A stretch of DNA of 46,984 nucleotides from Pseudomonadota bacterium. GTDB taxonomy: Bacteria > Bdellovibrionota > FAC87 > UBA2466. The stretch is taken from NCBI GenBank assembly GCA_043767805.1, contig JAYUGC010000187.1:1-46984 (forward strand), read 5' to 3'. Below the pieces are notes generated by a model that was given only the letters and a program-made list of their open reading frames with translations, did no database searches and had not been told where the DNA came from. The position numbers were made by a program, and so were the translations under genes. Below, one piece after another: positions 46,581-46,984 of this stretch (positions are counted from its first letter, which is position 1; every line of letters begins with the position of its first letter).

Positions 46581-46984
46581 AGTCCCCCAAAAAATACTGG
46601 TCCTCTTGATCCTGCTCGCGGTTCCTTTCTTTACCGGCATCTCGGGAAGCCGGGAAGGTAACGGTGGCGATCACGTACGTGGCACGTACCTGAAGATGGG
46701 TAGGGCAATCATCGGTTATCTGGAACAGACGAAGTCCGGAGCGGACCTGGTCCTGGCCAAGGGCCTGGACCTGCAAAAGTTGAAAGACTCCCTCACCATC
46801 GATCAAATAGCGGTGGCCGAAGGGGAGCTCAAAGACAATGGCGGCTCCGACGTCGACGCGACGGGCGTTCCCGGACTGGTCACGCTGCGCAAGGAAATCT
46901 GGGTCGAGCACTTTGAGAAAGAGCGAGATGTTTACTATCTCGTCTTTCACGAGATGCTGCGCTCCGCGGGCTATAACGACGATA
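46570..46984 (+). CDS. Secreted GNGGD-motif protein, truncated by window edge
   Basis: Not in ORF track. AGGAG RBS; manual translation MKNRVPQKILVLLILLAVPFFTGISGSREGNGGDHVR...YYLVFHEMLRSAGYNDD, open to the window end. Confidence 0.75.
   Translation, partial: MKNRVPQKILVLLILLAVPFFTGISGSREGNGGDHVRGTYLKMGRAIIGYLEQTKSGADLVLAKGLDLQKLKDSLTIDQIAVAEGELKDNGGSDVDATGVPGLVTLRKEIWVEHFEKERDVYYLVFHEMLRSAGYNDD

Overview
High-GC bacterial chromosomal window whose gene content suggests Bdellovibrionota/Oligoflexia (TIGR02147-like HTH protein, DUF4360, a GNGGD-motif secreted protein); this taxonomy is inference. (1) 1-18.1 kb is a surface-glycan locus: a truncated KpsS/KpsC-like gene, O-acyltransferase, glycosyltransferases, Wzm plus a Wzt with degenerate ATPase motifs, three GT-C-like membrane proteins, a polyprenol-phosphate GT2, an RfbE-like epimerase lacking the catalytic Tyr, an orphan TPP-dependent E1 alpha/beta pair, and gmhA/hldE-like/gmhB. 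(2) 18.2-28.6 kb holds envelope and protease genes (Tyr/Gly-rich lipoprotein, Cys-rich lipoprotein, TraF/PorV-like barrel, M16 pair, M64), hisN and yhaM. (3) 28.7-32.3 kb is gap-pgk-tpiA-secG-tRNA-Leu. (4) After tRNA-Val(CAC) lies a ~3 kb islet, AT-rich at its left end, with three toxin-antitoxin modules (one toxin decayed, two operons apparently leaderless), closed by a degenerate tRNA-like sequence on the opposite strand. (5) 37-47 kb holds accessory enzymes, an orphan histidine kinase, nfeD-SPFH, an SGNH protein, DUF4360 with a sigma54-type promoter, and a TIGR02147-type HTH gene preceded by clustered GTTCCA boxes and coupled to a secreted GNGGD protein. No CRISPR array, integrase or transposase was seen. 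All family calls come from motif recognition, not database searches.
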